Shown here piece after piece: positions 49,134-59,129 of a stretch of DNA of 64,000 nucleotides (its first letter is position 1; each line of letters starts with the position of its first letter). The position numbers were made by a program, and so were the translations under genes. Under the pieces are notes generated by a model that was not told the origin of the DNA, did no database searches, and saw only the letters and a program-made list of their open reading frames with translations. Origin of the DNA: an uncultured delta proteobacterium (lineage in GTDB: Bacteria > Desulfobacterota > Binatia > UBA9968); NCBI GenBank assembly GCA_963727625.1, contig CAVSHR010000004.1, forward strand, positions 896,001 to 960,000, in the 5' to 3' direction.

Positions 49134-49738
49134 CAGCGAAGCTCCGCCAGCGCGCCGCGCGCGCGATTGACGATGGTGACGACCAATAAAATTGCAGTTA
49201 AGATGAGCAGACCCGTTATCCAGTGGCCCGGCTTCAGGCCGACCCCCAAGAGCAGGCATAGAAGGCCAAAGACAAACGCGCGATCGCTCTTACCCATCGG
49301 TCCATCGAAGCGGCGCGCCGCACCGACTTGCACGGCAACCACTCCGGTCATTTCACTAATGATCGCGAGGATTACGATGATCACGACCCAGACCGCCTCC
49401 ACACCCGGCAGCAAAGCCAATGGCAGATAAAGCACCGTGTCCGAAAGCACGTCGCCCAGTTCATTGAGAATGGCGCCAAGTGAGCTTTGCATGCCATGCT
49501 CGCGCGCCAGCATGCCGTCGATGGCGTTGAGCGCCATGCGCAAAAATAACGCCACCGGCATGAGCAGCAGCGGCCATTTGGCATTTGGATTGAATGCGAT
49601 CGATGTGCCGACGAGACATGACAGCACCAGCGCCGCGACAGTCACTTGATTTGCGCTGACTCCAACCCGAGCGAGCCATCCGACCAAGGGGCGGAGCGAG
49701 GTTTGGAAGCGCGGCTTAAGAGCGTAGATCGAAGCCAC
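49133..49738 (-). CDS. CDP-alcohol phosphatidyltransferase (YnbA-like)
   Basis: SIYALKPRFQ, RMALNAIDGMLARE, NELGD..SD, GPMGKSDR. GTG start. Confidence 0.9.
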   Translation of the reverse strand: MASIYALKPRFQTSLRPLVGWLARVGVSANQVTVAALVLSCLVGTSIAFNPNAKWPLLLMPVALFLRMALNAIDGMLAREHGMQSSLGAILNELGDVLSDTVLYLPLALLPGVEAVWVVIIVILAIISEMTGVVAVQVGAARRFDGPMGKSDRAFVFGLLCLLLGVGLKPGHWITGLLILTAILLVVTIVNRARGALAELR

Positions 49739-49814
49739 CGGCGATCCTCGTTGTAAATTGGAAATTGCTGCAAAGCCTGGCCCGATGGCCTCGCAAGTGT
49801 CGAGTGCACGCAGT

Positions 49815-50657
49815 TCAGGGACGAGCCGGCTCGGCACTCACCGCCAGAAAGGCGCGCGCAAACTTTTCGATGGCTTCGGCCAAATCGTTGGCCGTGCGCT
49901 CGAAATTCCGCCGCGCGCGCAGATTACTGCCCAGTTCCAGCTGAATCGCGTCGATCTTGCTGCCGCGATGGCTGCCGTAGGTCCGCGTCGTGTAGCCGCC
50001 GGTATAGCGTCGTTCCCGCTCGACGCCGGCCGTATCGGGAAGAATCTTGTAGCCCTTGGAAGCGAGCTGGCCCAAAATGCTGTTGGGTCCGCCAATCGCC
50101 GCCGCTCCATGTCGCTGCTGCAATGCCGCGACGCTCTTGCCGTTGTCGGTGCCGCGGAAGATCGCGTCCGGCTCGGCGCCCTGACCGTGGACGTCGAGCA
50201 ACAAGCCTTCGCCCCAACGGCTGCGAATTCGTTCCGCCGCGGTTGCAACCGCACGGTGATAAGCGTCGTAATAAGGCTTCGCCGCCGCGGACTCATAGGC
50301 GCTCGATTCGGGCCTGTTGGCGTCAAGATATTTCCGTTCGAAATGAGCGATGACGAGAAAAGGCCTGGCGCCGAGCCGTTGGTCGATTTTCACGCCGACC
50401 GCCTCGGCGAGCTCGGCTGTATTGTTATCGCGCTCCGCGGTGAATTGCGCCACGCCGACACCGCGCCGCCGCGGCACACCGGGAAGCGACACTCTGCCAC
50501 CGTGGGGCGCCGCCAGAATTATCGGCAGCATACCGGACCACACCGTAAGCAAATCTGCCGGGTTCTTAAATTCCTGAGCCCAGACCGATCCATACAGCAA
50601 CAGCAGGATGGCTATCAATAAAGATCTCGCGGCAAGGGTTCGGCAAAGCTTCAGCAT
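49815..50657 (-). CDS. Exported N-formylglutamate amidohydrolase family protein
   Basis: APHGG, D.NR, YH, LLDVHG, GGYTT, IQLE. Confidence 0.8.
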   Translation of the reverse strand: MLKLCRTLAARSLLIAILLLLYGSVWAQEFKNPADLLTVWSGMLPIILAAPHGGRVSLPGVPRRRGVGVAQFTAERDNNTAELAEAVGVKIDQRLGARPFLVIAHFERKYLDANRPESSAYESAAAKPYYDAYHRAVATAAERIRSRWGEGLLLDVHGQGAEPDAIFRGTDNGKSVAALQQRHGAAAIGGPNSILGQLASKGYKILPDTAGVERERRYTGGYTTRTYGSHRGSKIDAIQLELGSNLRARRNFERTANDLAEAIEKFARAFLAVSAEPARP

Positions 50658-50750
50658 ATTTTTAAGGCAGCCCAAGTGAAAGTCACAGCCCCGAACGCGC
50701 CATTCTGCCGGGAAGAGGCCGAACCGGCAATGAAGTCAAAAAATTAGATT

Positions 50751-51506
50751 TTAAGGTTTTGGCTCCGGCATCTTGGCCGACAATTTTTTGAGAAAGTCCG
50801 CTGGAAACGGCTCGGCTTGCAGTTCTTGCGCTTGCCTGACCTTGTTCCAAGCCTCGGAGTAACGTTCCTGCTCATACAACGAGATCGCCCATTCGCGCCA
50901 ACTCATGGCGTATTTGGGATTGTTTTCTAAACTCTCGGTAAAGCGGCTGTTGCCCAGCACGAAATGCTGCGCCCGCTCCAGCTCGCGATCGGGCGGCAAA
51001 CGGGCGGCGTACTCCGAGTGCAACGTGCCGAGATCGCATAGCAATGGCACCCGTTGGGTCGGATCGTCGAGCAACTCGCGCGCCGTTTCTAGGAGCTCGA
51101 TGGCCTCGTACAATTTACCGCGCTGGCTCAGCACCGCGCCGAATCCCCAGAAAGCGCGAAAATTTTTCGGATTGACCAACCAGGACTGATTGAAGCGCAG
51201 CATCGCCAGATCCGACTGCCCGGAGCGCAGTGCCGTCCAACCCTGAGCCGCCAGCGCATTGCTGCCCGCCTGACGGCTTCCGAACCGCAAAGTCACGCCG
51301 CGAATGAAATTCTCGTCGGCTTTCTTTAGCTTGTCGGGCCTTGCGATCTTCGGCTGGCCGAACATCGGCAATTTATCGACGTCATCGCTCTGCGCTTGCG
51401 CCGTTCCGAGGGTGAACAACAAACCACCCAAGCACCCGGCTGCTGCGAATATGCGCGCGCGCGCCGCAAGACCCTTGATTGGCAATGGAAACCTTAATTT
51501 CATCAA
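50751..51506 (-). CDS. Exported TPR-repeat protein
   Basis: Signal peptide; LPMFG, AMLRFNQSWL.NP, TPR-like helices. Confidence 0.75.
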   Translation of the reverse strand: MMKLRFPLPIKGLAARARIFAAAGCLGGLLFTLGTAQAQSDDVDKLPMFGQPKIARPDKLKKADENFIRGVTLRFGSRQAGSNALAAQGWTALRSGQSDLAMLRFNQSWLVNPKNFRAFWGFGAVLSQRGKLYEAIELLETARELLDDPTQRVPLLCDLGTLHSEYAARLPPDRELERAQHFVLGNSRFTESLENNPKYAMSWREWAISLYEQERYSEAWNKVRQAQELQAEPFPADFLKKLSAKMPEPKP

Positions 51507-51622
51507 TAATTCCGCCTTAGGGTCAACTTATCACATAACTTAACCGGTCCAGTGCCAAGCTTTCCTTGACACCCTAAAACTTCTAGGGCTATTTTGACGG
51601 CAAATCAAACCGAGGAGCCTCC

Positions 51623-52393
51623 ATGATCGAAGGACTGAAAGATAAAATTGTCATTGTTACCGGCGGCGGCCACGGCATCGGCCGGGCCTATTGCCATGGA
51701 TTTGCCGAAGCCGGCGCAAAAGTCGTGGTTGCCGACATCGACGCGCCGGCTGCGGAAAAGGTCGCCGGCGAAGTCATTCAACAGTACGACGGCAAAGCGC
51801 TGGCCGCCAAAGTCGACGTTGCCAATGAACCATCGACCAAGGACATGGTCAAGCTCGTGCTCGACAAGTACGGCCGCATCGACGTCTTGATCAACAACGC
51901 CGCGATCTTCGCCACCATACCGATGAACCGTGGCGGCATCGATACCATCGACCCGGCGGAATGGGACCGTATGATGCTGGTTAATCTCAAGGGCTTGTTT
52001 TTCTGCTGCCGCGCCGTCCTGCCGACCATGCGCCAACAGAAGTCCGGGAAGATCATCAACATTTCTTCGGGAACCGTCATGAACGGCAGTGCCGGTCGCA
52101 TCCACTACGTGACCTCCAAAGCCGGCGTCATCGGCTTCACCCGTACGCTGGCGCGAGAAGTCGGCGATGACAACATCAACGTCAACGCCATCGCGCCGGG
52201 CTCGACATTGTCCGAGGACAATCCCAGCGAAGAAGTGCTCAAGATGCGCGGCGCGCGCGTCGGCGATCGCTGTTTGAAACGCGTTCAGCTGCCGAAGGAT
52301 TTGGTCGGCGCCATGCTGTTTCTCGCTTCACCGTTGAGCGATTTCATGACCGGCCAGACCGTCGCCGTGGACGGCGGCTCAGCGTTTCTTTAG
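51623..52393 (+). CDS. SDR family oxidoreductase
   Basis: TGGGHGIG, NNAA, YVTSK. Confidence 0.93.
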   Translation: MIEGLKDKIVIVTGGGHGIGRAYCHGFAEAGAKVVVADIDAPAAEKVAGEVIQQYDGKALAAKVDVANEPSTKDMVKLVLDKYGRIDVLINNAAIFATIPMNRGGIDTIDPAEWDRMMLVNLKGLFFCCRAVLPTMRQQKSGKIINISSGTVMNGSAGRIHYVTSKAGVIGFTRTLAREVGDDNINVNAIAPGSTLSEDNPSEEVLKMRGARVGDRCLKRVQLPKDLVGAMLFLASPLSDFMTGQTVAVDGGSAFL

Positions 52394-52405
52394 AAATTAC
52401 CTTTC

Positions 52406-53227
52406 ATGGCTGCGTACCAGCGCCGAACGATCATTGCCGGCGATATTAAAACCCATTTTCTGGAGGCCGGCAGCGGGCCGGATCTCGTATTGCTGCACGG
52501 CGGCGAATACGGCGCCTCGGCGGAAATCACCTGGCGCTCCAACATCGAAGCCCTCGCCCAGCGCTTTCATGTCGTCGCTCCCGACCTGCTCGGCTGGGGG
52601 CAGACCGACAAGATCTACAGTTTTTCCGACCCGGCCGGTTTGCGGATCAAGCACCTGCAACGCTTTCTCGAAGCCTTGGCCATCGGCCCGGCCTACTTTG
52701 TAGGCAATTCGGCCGGCGGCGGCCTCGTTCTGCGCGCGAGCGTTCGTCAGCCGGCGCCGATACAAATAAAAAAAATGGTCACCATCTGCGGTAACGCCAG
52801 CGTGTTCAAGACCACTTCCCAAGCCGATCTAGAAAACTACACGCCTTCGCCGGAGAACATGAAGAAGATCGTGGCGTTGCTCTATCACGATGCCAAATGG
52901 CAGTCCGAGGAGCACATCCGCGAGCGTTATGAGGCCTCGATCATCCCGGGCGCTTGGGAAACCTTATCCGCCGCCCGTTTGCGCAGTCCGGTCCATCAAG
53001 CGCGCTCGACCACGGACGAATTCGTCAAACTGCTTTCGCGCCTACAGATTCCCCTGCTGATCATGTCCTGTGAACACGATCCGGCGAATCAACCGGATTG
53101 GGACGTTAACTTTCAGAAGATCGTGCCGGGCTCCAAGGTCCACCGCTTCAGGCGTTCCGCGCACGAGCCGCAGATCGAAGAGACCGACGAGTTCAATCGG
53201 GTATTGACCGAATTTTTGTTGAGTTGA
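52406..53227 (+). CDS. Alpha/beta hydrolase (meta-cleavage product hydrolase-like)
   Basis: LLHGG, APD..GWG, GNSAGG nucleophile elbow, AHEPQIE. Confidence 0.85.
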   Translation: MAAYQRRTIIAGDIKTHFLEAGSGPDLVLLHGGEYGASAEITWRSNIEALAQRFHVVAPDLLGWGQTDKIYSFSDPAGLRIKHLQRFLEALAIGPAYFVGNSAGGGLVLRASVRQPAPIQIKKMVTICGNASVFKTTSQADLENYTPSPENMKKIVALLYHDAKWQSEEHIRERYEASIIPGAWETLSAARLRSPVHQARSTTDEFVKLLSRLQIPLLIMSCEHDPANQPDWDVNFQKIVPGSKVHRFRRSAHEPQIEETDEFNRVLTEFLLS

Positions 53228-53249
53228 AATATTCTCCACAGGAGACCCT

Positions 53250-54254
53250 ATGACCGCGCCGCGCTTACGCTACAAGATTTCGATCTTCTCTTTCATTCTG
53301 AGTTTTATCGCCGGCGGCAACGCTGCGGCGCAATTGACCAAGCTCAAGACCTCCTACAGCGCGCTCACCGCCAACATGGGTGCCTACTGGTTGGCCAAGG
53401 ACACCAAGATCTTTGAAAAGTACGGACTGGATGTCGACGTCGTGCTGATCGAGAGCGGCACGATCACGATCCAGGCTTTGGTTGCCGGTGAAACCGATAT
53501 CGCCATGGGCGGCGGCACGGTCGCCGTGAGCAGCGCGCTGGGCGGCAGCGATCTAGTGTCGATCTCGAGCATCGAAAGCCGACTTCCCTACGGGTTGCTC
53601 GCGCAGAAAAACATCAAAACCATCGGCCAGCTGAAAGGCAAGAAACACGCGATTTCGCGTTTCGGCAGTGTGTCCGATCTCGGCTCGCGATTGATCCTGC
53701 AAAAATTTGGTCTGTTGCCGGAGAGAGATGTGACGCTGCTACAGATTGGCGGCACCAGCACGCGTCTCGCGGCTTTGAGCAAGGGCACCGTCGACTCGAC
53801 GATTTTGACCCCGGAGTTCTTTCTACTGGCGAAAAAAGCCGGCTTTACCATCCTGGTCGACCCGACCCAGTACCAGATCGATTTTCCCCAGCTCGAAGTC
53901 GTTACCACGCGCCGTTTATTGAATTCGCGGCGCGACGTCGCGATGCGCTATTTGCGGGCGATTCTCGAAGGCATTCACAACTACAAGAACGACCGAGAAG
54001 GCAGCATCCGAGCCCTCGGCAAATATCTCAGAATCAACGACCGCGAAGCCCTGGAAGAAGTATATAAAATCTATTACAAGATCTATCAGCCGATCCCCTA
54101 TCCTTCCGCCGCGGCGATCCAGACCCAGCTCACCTGGATGGCCGAGCGCGATGCGCGCGCGAAGGCCGCTAAACCGGAGCAATTCATCGACGGCTCGATT
54201 CTGCGCGAGATTGAAAAAAGCGGATTCGTGTCCCGCCTTTACCGGCAAAAATAG
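53250..54254 (+). CDS. NitT/TauT family ABC substrate-binding protein
   Basis: Signal peptide; FEKYGLDV, LKGK..AISRFGS, EIEKSGFV. Confidence 0.88.
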   Translation: MTAPRLRYKISIFSFILSFIAGGNAAAQLTKLKTSYSALTANMGAYWLAKDTKIFEKYGLDVDVVLIESGTITIQALVAGETDIAMGGGTVAVSSALGGSDLVSISSIESRLPYGLLAQKNIKTIGQLKGKKHAISRFGSVSDLGSRLILQKFGLLPERDVTLLQIGGTSTRLAALSKGTVDSTILTPEFFLLAKKAGFTILVDPTQYQIDFPQLEVVTTRRLLNSRRDVAMRYLRAILEGIHNYKNDREGSIRALGKYLRINDREALEEVYKIYYKIYQPIPYPSAAAIQTQLTWMAERDARAKAAKPEQFIDGSILREIEKSGFVSRLYRQK

Positions 54255-54262
54255 TCATTGAG

Positions 54263-55711
54263 TCAAGCCAGTTTTGGCTGGGCGACTGCTATCGGCGGCC
54301 GTTTTTTACCGAAGCCGGTCGCCTGCTCAAACGCGTGACCGATTTGCAGCACTCCCAGATCGTCGCGATAGCGCCCGACGATTTGAATGCCGATGGGCAA
54401 GCCGTCATCGGTAAATCCGGCGGGGACTGAGACCGCGGGACAAAACGTCGGCGTGATCCAATAGGCGCTCTTCATCCAATCGAGATAACTCGTCATCCGC
54501 ACACCGTCGATTTCACCCGGCCAGTGAAGACTTGCGTCGAAGGGCGGCACTTGATTGACGGCGCAAAGCAGAAATTCATATTTTTGCTGAAACAGGCGCA
54601 CGCGCTGCATCAACTCGCCGTGCCGCGCCATCGCATTGGCAATATCGCTGCCGCTGAATTTACTGCCTGATTCTATTTGCCAGACCGCTTCGGGTTTCAT
54701 TTCATGGCGGTGTTTGACCAGCAGTGGACCGAGCGTGTGCCAGTAGTTCCAAGCGCGAAGGGTACGAAATATTTCGTCGCTGCCGGTTAAATCCGGAGTA
54801 GCTTTTTCGACGATGCAGCCAAGATCTGAAAAGGTTTGTCGCCGCGCGTCCAGAACAGACCGCACACGGCGATCGAGCGGCAAATTGCCCAGATCAGGCG
54901 ACCAGGCGACGCGTACACCTTTAAAATCGCGACCCAAGGGTTGCGCGAACAGTGACCGATCACATGGATAAACCGCGGGGTCGCGAGTATCCGCACCCGC
55001 CATCGCGCTGAGCAGAAAAGCAACATCACCGACCGACCGCGCCATCGGCCCTTTGACCGTGAATCCCAAAAACGGCATCGCCGTCGGCGCGGCAGGCACC
55101 AGACCGACGGTCGGCCGCAGCGCCACAATGTTGTTAAAGTTGGCGGGATTGCGCAGCGAGCCGCCAAGGTCGCTGCCGCTCGCCAAGGGCAACAGCCCCG
55201 CAGCCAGCGCCGCGCCGGCGCCGCCGCTCGAGCCCCCGGCGGTTTTGCTTAAGTCGTACGGATTGAGCGTCGTGCCGTAAACCTCGTTGTAGGTATGCGA
55301 GCCCATACCGAACTCGGATACGTTCGTTTTGCCGATAGCGATGACGCCCCTCTTGCGCAGGCGCTCAACCAACACCGAATCTTCGCTCGGCATGAAATGT
55401 TTGAAGATCGCCGAGCCGCGCGTCATCGGGAAACCGACAGCGGCGTCCAGATCTTTGAAGGCAAACGGCAGGCCGTGGAGCGGTCCAACATCCTCGCCTC
55501 GCGCGCACTGACGATCGGCCTCGTCCGCGAGAGCGAGACATCTTTCGTCGTCCAATTTGGCGACGATGGCGTTGATCTTGGGATTGACCCGCTCTATTTG
55601 ATTCAGAAACGCGCTCATGATTTCGCGCGCCGAGAGTTTGCCGGTCCGGAGGAGCGTCGCGAGATCGCGCGCGGCCATGAAGCAGATTTCGAAGTCAGCG
55701 CCGGTAGTCAT
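54263..55711 (-). CDS. Amidase (AS family)
   Basis: PLHGLP..FKD, GGSSGG, GSDLGGSLRNPA. Confidence 0.94.
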   Translation of the reverse strand: MTTGADFEICFMAARDLATLLRTGKLSAREIMSAFLNQIERVNPKINAIVAKLDDERCLALADEADRQCARGEDVGPLHGLPFAFKDLDAAVGFPMTRGSAIFKHFMPSEDSVLVERLRKRGVIAIGKTNVSEFGMGSHTYNEVYGTTLNPYDLSKTAGGSSGGAGAALAAGLLPLASGSDLGGSLRNPANFNNIVALRPTVGLVPAAPTAMPFLGFTVKGPMARSVGDVAFLLSAMAGADTRDPAVYPCDRSLFAQPLGRDFKGVRVAWSPDLGNLPLDRRVRSVLDARRQTFSDLGCIVEKATPDLTGSDEIFRTLRAWNYWHTLGPLLVKHRHEMKPEAVWQIESGSKFSGSDIANAMARHGELMQRVRLFQQKYEFLLCAVNQVPPFDASLHWPGEIDGVRMTSYLDWMKSAYWITPTFCPAVSVPAGFTDDGLPIGIQIVGRYRDDLGVLQIGHAFEQATGFGKKRPPIAVAQPKLA

Positions 55712-55882
55712 CTTGGAGTTCGAGACGAATTGGAAAGTCTCGGCATCGGGCCGAGCAGTGCACGAGTCTCAGTCAAGCGAATAAGATCCATTCACTGAGA
55801 ATCGGCTTGTGGGATTGATGTCATTTCGAACCCAGGAGAATTCCTTCTGTAATAGCGCCAAGTGGAAACACTTCGAGCGAAT

Positions 55883-56428
55883 CTATATCCCCGGCGTCCT
55901 CACTCCGACGGGCGGTCGAGCAACGTTCTTCGATATTTCGTCGACGTCCCACAACCGGGAGAACTTGAGCGCGCGCGGGCAGTGGCTGTAAGACTCTTCA
56001 ACGTTAAGCAATAATCCTTGAAGCACTTCCGCTTTTTCGTCCGGATCGAAGACTTCGAGTTTGGTGCCGTTCAATTCCGATCGATCAAGGACCTGAACTC
56101 GCCCGTTGATCCGCACCGTGGAATTGTGTCCGGGAATAAAAAATATCAATCCGACCTTGGGATTGCTTTCGACGTTGCCGTAACCGTGAAACAGCTTGTT
56201 GCCGGCGACGTCCGGGATGAATAACTGCTTGTCGTTGAGAATTTTCACGAAACCCGGCGTCCCTCCCTTGGGCGAGGCGTCGCAATCACCGTTTGCGTTG
56301 CTCGTCGCCATCACGCAGAAGGGCGAATGGCGGATAAAATCTTGGATCCACCCGGCCATGTATGCGCGCACTTTGCCTTTTGTCCGTTCCACCGGATATC
56401 CGAATTTGTCCTGATACTTGGTGTTCAT
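55883..56428 (-). CDS. Pyridoxamine 5'-phosphate oxidase-like FMN-binding protein (MSMEG_1061 type)
   Basis: DASPKGG.PGFV, PD..GN, HCPRALKFSRLW. Confidence 0.85.
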   Translation of the reverse strand: MNTKYQDKFGYPVERTKGKVRAYMAGWIQDFIRHSPFCVMATSNANGDCDASPKGGTPGFVKILNDKQLFIPDVAGNKLFHGYGNVESNPKVGLIFFIPGHNSTVRINGRVQVLDRSELNGTKLEVFDPDEKAEVLQGLLLNVEESYSHCPRALKFSRLWDVDEISKNVARPPVGVRTPGI

Positions 56429-56463
56429 ACTCTCTCCTTTTTATCCGCGGCCGAGCTTTGAAC

Positions 56464-57168
56464 TCAACGTCTTTTGCTTATCTCCGAAAGCAGTTCAAGC
56501 TGGATCTCCTGGATCTGCGTCAATCTTTCCCACTGATGAGATATCAAATGATCGACTTTCTCGTGCAGGTGTCGAATCTCCAGCTCGGCTTTTAGGTTTA
56601 CCTGATAATCATGTTGCGACCGCAGCCGGTCTTTGGTCTCCTGGCGATTCTGGCTCATCATGATCACCGGCGCCTGGATCGCCGCGATGCAGGAGAGAAT
56701 CAAGTTCAACAAGATATAGGGATAGGGATCGGGCGGGCGGGCATACAATACGAATGAATTAGACCCGATCCAAAGCACTAAGAACACACCGAAGCAGATG
56801 AGGAAAATCCAGCTGCCGCCGAACGTCGCGATCCGATCTGCCAGGCGCTCGCCGAAACTCCACACCTGTTCGAACTCTGTATCGACGTCTTTGGCCAGCG
56901 TCTCGTGCTCACGAAGGCTGTGTAAGACTTCTTGCTCGAGCGAGCTCAACTCGCCCTTCTCGGACTCAAGCAATCGATGAACATATTGCGACCGGTGGCG
57001 GTTGAGGTCGGTCCGGCATATCCACTTGTCCTGCGACCAGTCCGGGTGCTCACGCAAGATCTCCTCGGCAATCACGTCGCGCACGGCGATCCCGGGTATC
57101 AGCTCCCGCGGCGCAAAGCTCTTGGCGCAGATTGCGCAGTTTTTGGTTTCTTTAGCGGCGGTGACCAT
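56464..57168 (-). CDS. DUF1003 domain membrane protein
   Basis: ADRIATFGGSW.F, DPYPYILLNL.LS, QAPVIMMSQNRQ. Confidence 0.92.
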   Translation of the reverse strand: MVTAAKETKNCAICAKSFAPRELIPGIAVRDVIAEEILREHPDWSQDKWICRTDLNRHRSQYVHRLLESEKGELSSLEQEVLHSLREHETLAKDVDTEFEQVWSFGERLADRIATFGGSWIFLICFGVFLVLWIGSNSFVLYARPPDPYPYILLNLILSCIAAIQAPVIMMSQNRQETKDRLRSQHDYQVNLKAELEIRHLHEKVDHLISHQWERLTQIQEIQLELLSEISKRR

Positions 57169-57205
57169 GGCGCCATTGCAACTTTGGCAGAGCCAATAAT
57201 GATCG

Positions 57206-57760
57206 CTAGTTGTTTTCCAAAAAGGTCAGCCGCTCCGCCATCGGCGTTTCCGGAAAGATATAGCCGCAAGCCCGGCAGGTTCGCAGTTTCGGATCGGCGT
57301 TGAATTCGGCATAGACGGCGGAGACCTGCGAAGGGATGTTGCCTTGATTGACGATTCGCGACAACACCAGCTCATCGCATTTTTCACAGAACCAGGCGAA
57401 TTCTTCTTTTTCTTCCTGCCGGCGCTTGCGCTCGATCACCAGGCCCCAGGTGTTTTCGAAGCGGCGCGGCGAGTGCGGCAAGCCGCCCGGACAAACCAAG
57501 ATTTCCCCTTCTTTAATCCACGCCGACTGCCGGCGCTCCCCGTCCGGTTTGAGCACCAATTCCATCTGCCCTTCGACCTGATAGAAAAACTCATCTCCCG
57601 GCTCGATATGAAAATCCAGCCGAGTATTCGGCCCGCGCAGCATCATGACAAGAAAGTCTTTGTGATGAACCATGAGCTTGTTGGTGCGAAACGGCGGGTT
57701 GAACAGATGCGCGTTCTCTTTAACCCAATTCCTCAAATGGACTGTGGATAGTAATTCCAT
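57206..57760 (-). CDS. nbaC: 3-hydroxyanthranilate 3,4-dioxygenase
   Basis: GPNTRLDFH....EFFYQ, PHSP.R, rubredoxin-like CEKC/CRAC. Confidence 0.85.
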   Translation of the reverse strand: MELLSTVHLRNWVKENAHLFNPPFRTNKLMVHHKDFLVMMLRGPNTRLDFHIEPGDEFFYQVEGQMELVLKPDGERRQSAWIKEGEILVCPGGLPHSPRRFENTWGLVIERKRRQEEKEEFAWFCEKCDELVLSRIVNQGNIPSQVSAVYAEFNADPKLRTCRACGYIFPETPMAERLTFLENN

Positions 57761-57770
57761 GGAAATCCTT

Positions 57771-58325
57771 TTGGAGTGATGCAGTAGTGGAGTGTTGAAG
57801 TAATGGGTCTCGGAACCTACCCACCCCGCTACCCATACGTTTCATTACTCTCCTTGACGATTAAGTTATCGATCCAGTCTCCATCCAGTTTTTTTCTTTC
57901 AAGGCTTTCAACTAACTTTAGCAAACCGTTCTCTAGTTTATAGGCCAGTTGATCGAGCACCGAAAAGTCTTTATCGCTAATCTGCCCTGCAGTCCGATAT
58001 GCGTGCAAACCTGAAACGCTCTCGCCCAGTGATCCTAAGGCAATGTTGAGGAAATTCAGATACTCTCGGATCGATCGACGACAATACCCTTCAGCAATTT
58101 TCCGGTGTACCGAATCGCTGGCCGCGATTGCCTGCGATCCGATCCGTTTCAACTCATAAGGCAGTTTTCCGAACACGTGACTGGACAGGCGATAGAATTC
58201 TATGGCATCCTGTCAAATCCGGAGTTGCTGATAGCCACAATTTTTGTTCTTCAGCGCCTCAAAACTCCATCAGTCCAGTTTTCTCTTGCCCAACACTCCA
58301 GTACTCCAATACTCCATCACTCCAA
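57771..58325. mobile_element. Inverted-repeat-bounded element carrying a four-helix-bundle gene (IVS-like)
   Basis: 37-bp arms 57771-57807 and 58289-58325, 30/37 complementary, built of GGAGTnnT 8-mers. Confidence 0.65.
57829..58260 (-). pseudogene. Four helix bundle (23S rRNA IVS protein-like) pseudogene
   Basis: KNKNCGYQQLRI*QDAIEFY...SVHRKIAEGY.R.SIREYLNFLNIALGSLGE; TGA at 58213-58215 replaces the family Trp; no in-frame ATG. Confidence 0.8.
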
Positions 58326-59099
58326 CTACTTTGCCTTCCCTGCTTCCCTTGCCACCCCGTCGGTCAATGCCCACCAGATCGACAGGCCTTTGCGCAGCGC
58401 CTTGAGCACGCGGACTTGTAGTTCATGGGTCGTTGCAAGCTGTTCGACCAGCTCGTAGCCGATGTTGCTATGCTCGGTGTCGGCCTCGCCATGCTCGGCG
58501 AAGAATTCTATGTCGTGAGGCTTGAGTCCGTAATTATCCCGAAACGTCCGGAAAAACTTTCCGCCGGTCAACTGGTTGGAGAATTCGTTGCAGCAGTTGG
58601 TCGACGCCAGCTGTTCGAGAATGTGGTTGCTTCTCAGCGCGATGTCGAGCCAGCCGACGCGGGCCAAAACCGTCGTTGGCAAAAAATCTTCCTCGGTTTC
58701 GCAACGCTCCATTTCCTTGGCTGGGATACCGATGCTCTCGCCGAAGCGCAGGAACAACGCCCTGTGGCCCAATACTTTTCGCGGTGACCCTTCGAAGTAG
58801 CTGTAACCGACTTCCGAATGAATGACATCGACGAACTTCTTGTGGATCTCCGGATCGTGGATGCCGGACAACTGGCAGCGCACCAGCTTGGCGGTGTTGA
58901 TCGCCACGTTGTAAGCGAAGATACCCCAGGCTTCCTTGGCCCAAATCTTCACAGCCTCCAACGGCAGCTTGCCTTGGTAAAGATCCAAGTAGAACGGATG
59001 GTGCAAACGGGCATGACCGTTTTTCACCTCGTTGACCAAGACTTCACAGAATTCTTGAGTCGCTAGAGTCTTTCCTCTCAGTACCGCTTCAGCAGACAT
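58326..59099 (-). CDS. TenA/PqqC/CADD-like heme-oxygenase-fold di-metal redox enzyme
   Basis: HPFY..LYQGKL, HSEVG...GH..LF.RFGE, FFAEHGEADTEH. Confidence 0.8.
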   Translation of the reverse strand: MSAEAVLRGKTLATQEFCEVLVNEVKNGHARLHHPFYLDLYQGKLPLEAVKIWAKEAWGIFAYNVAINTAKLVRCQLSGIHDPEIHKKFVDVIHSEVGYSYFEGSPRKVLGHRALFLRFGESIGIPAKEMERCETEEDFLPTTVLARVGWLDIALRSNHILEQLASTNCCNEFSNQLTGGKFFRTFRDNYGLKPHDIEFFAEHGEADTEHSNIGYELVEQLATTHELQVRVLKALRKGLSIWWALTDGVAREAGKAK

Positions 59100-59129
59100 A
59101 TTTGCACCTCTTCGAGTCGTTGCGTTGCT

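Noticed and set aside
58213-58215. In-frame TGA in the four-helix-bundle gene as a second selenocysteine
   Set aside because: It aligns with the family Trp (L.VWQ), not a Cys, and the start codon is also lost, so it is a nonsense mutation. TGA is a normal stop in many other genes here, so recoding to Trp is unlikely.
57771-58325. CRISPR array or IS element
   Set aside because: The repeats are contiguous 8-mers without spacers; no cas genes, transposase or target-site duplication seen.
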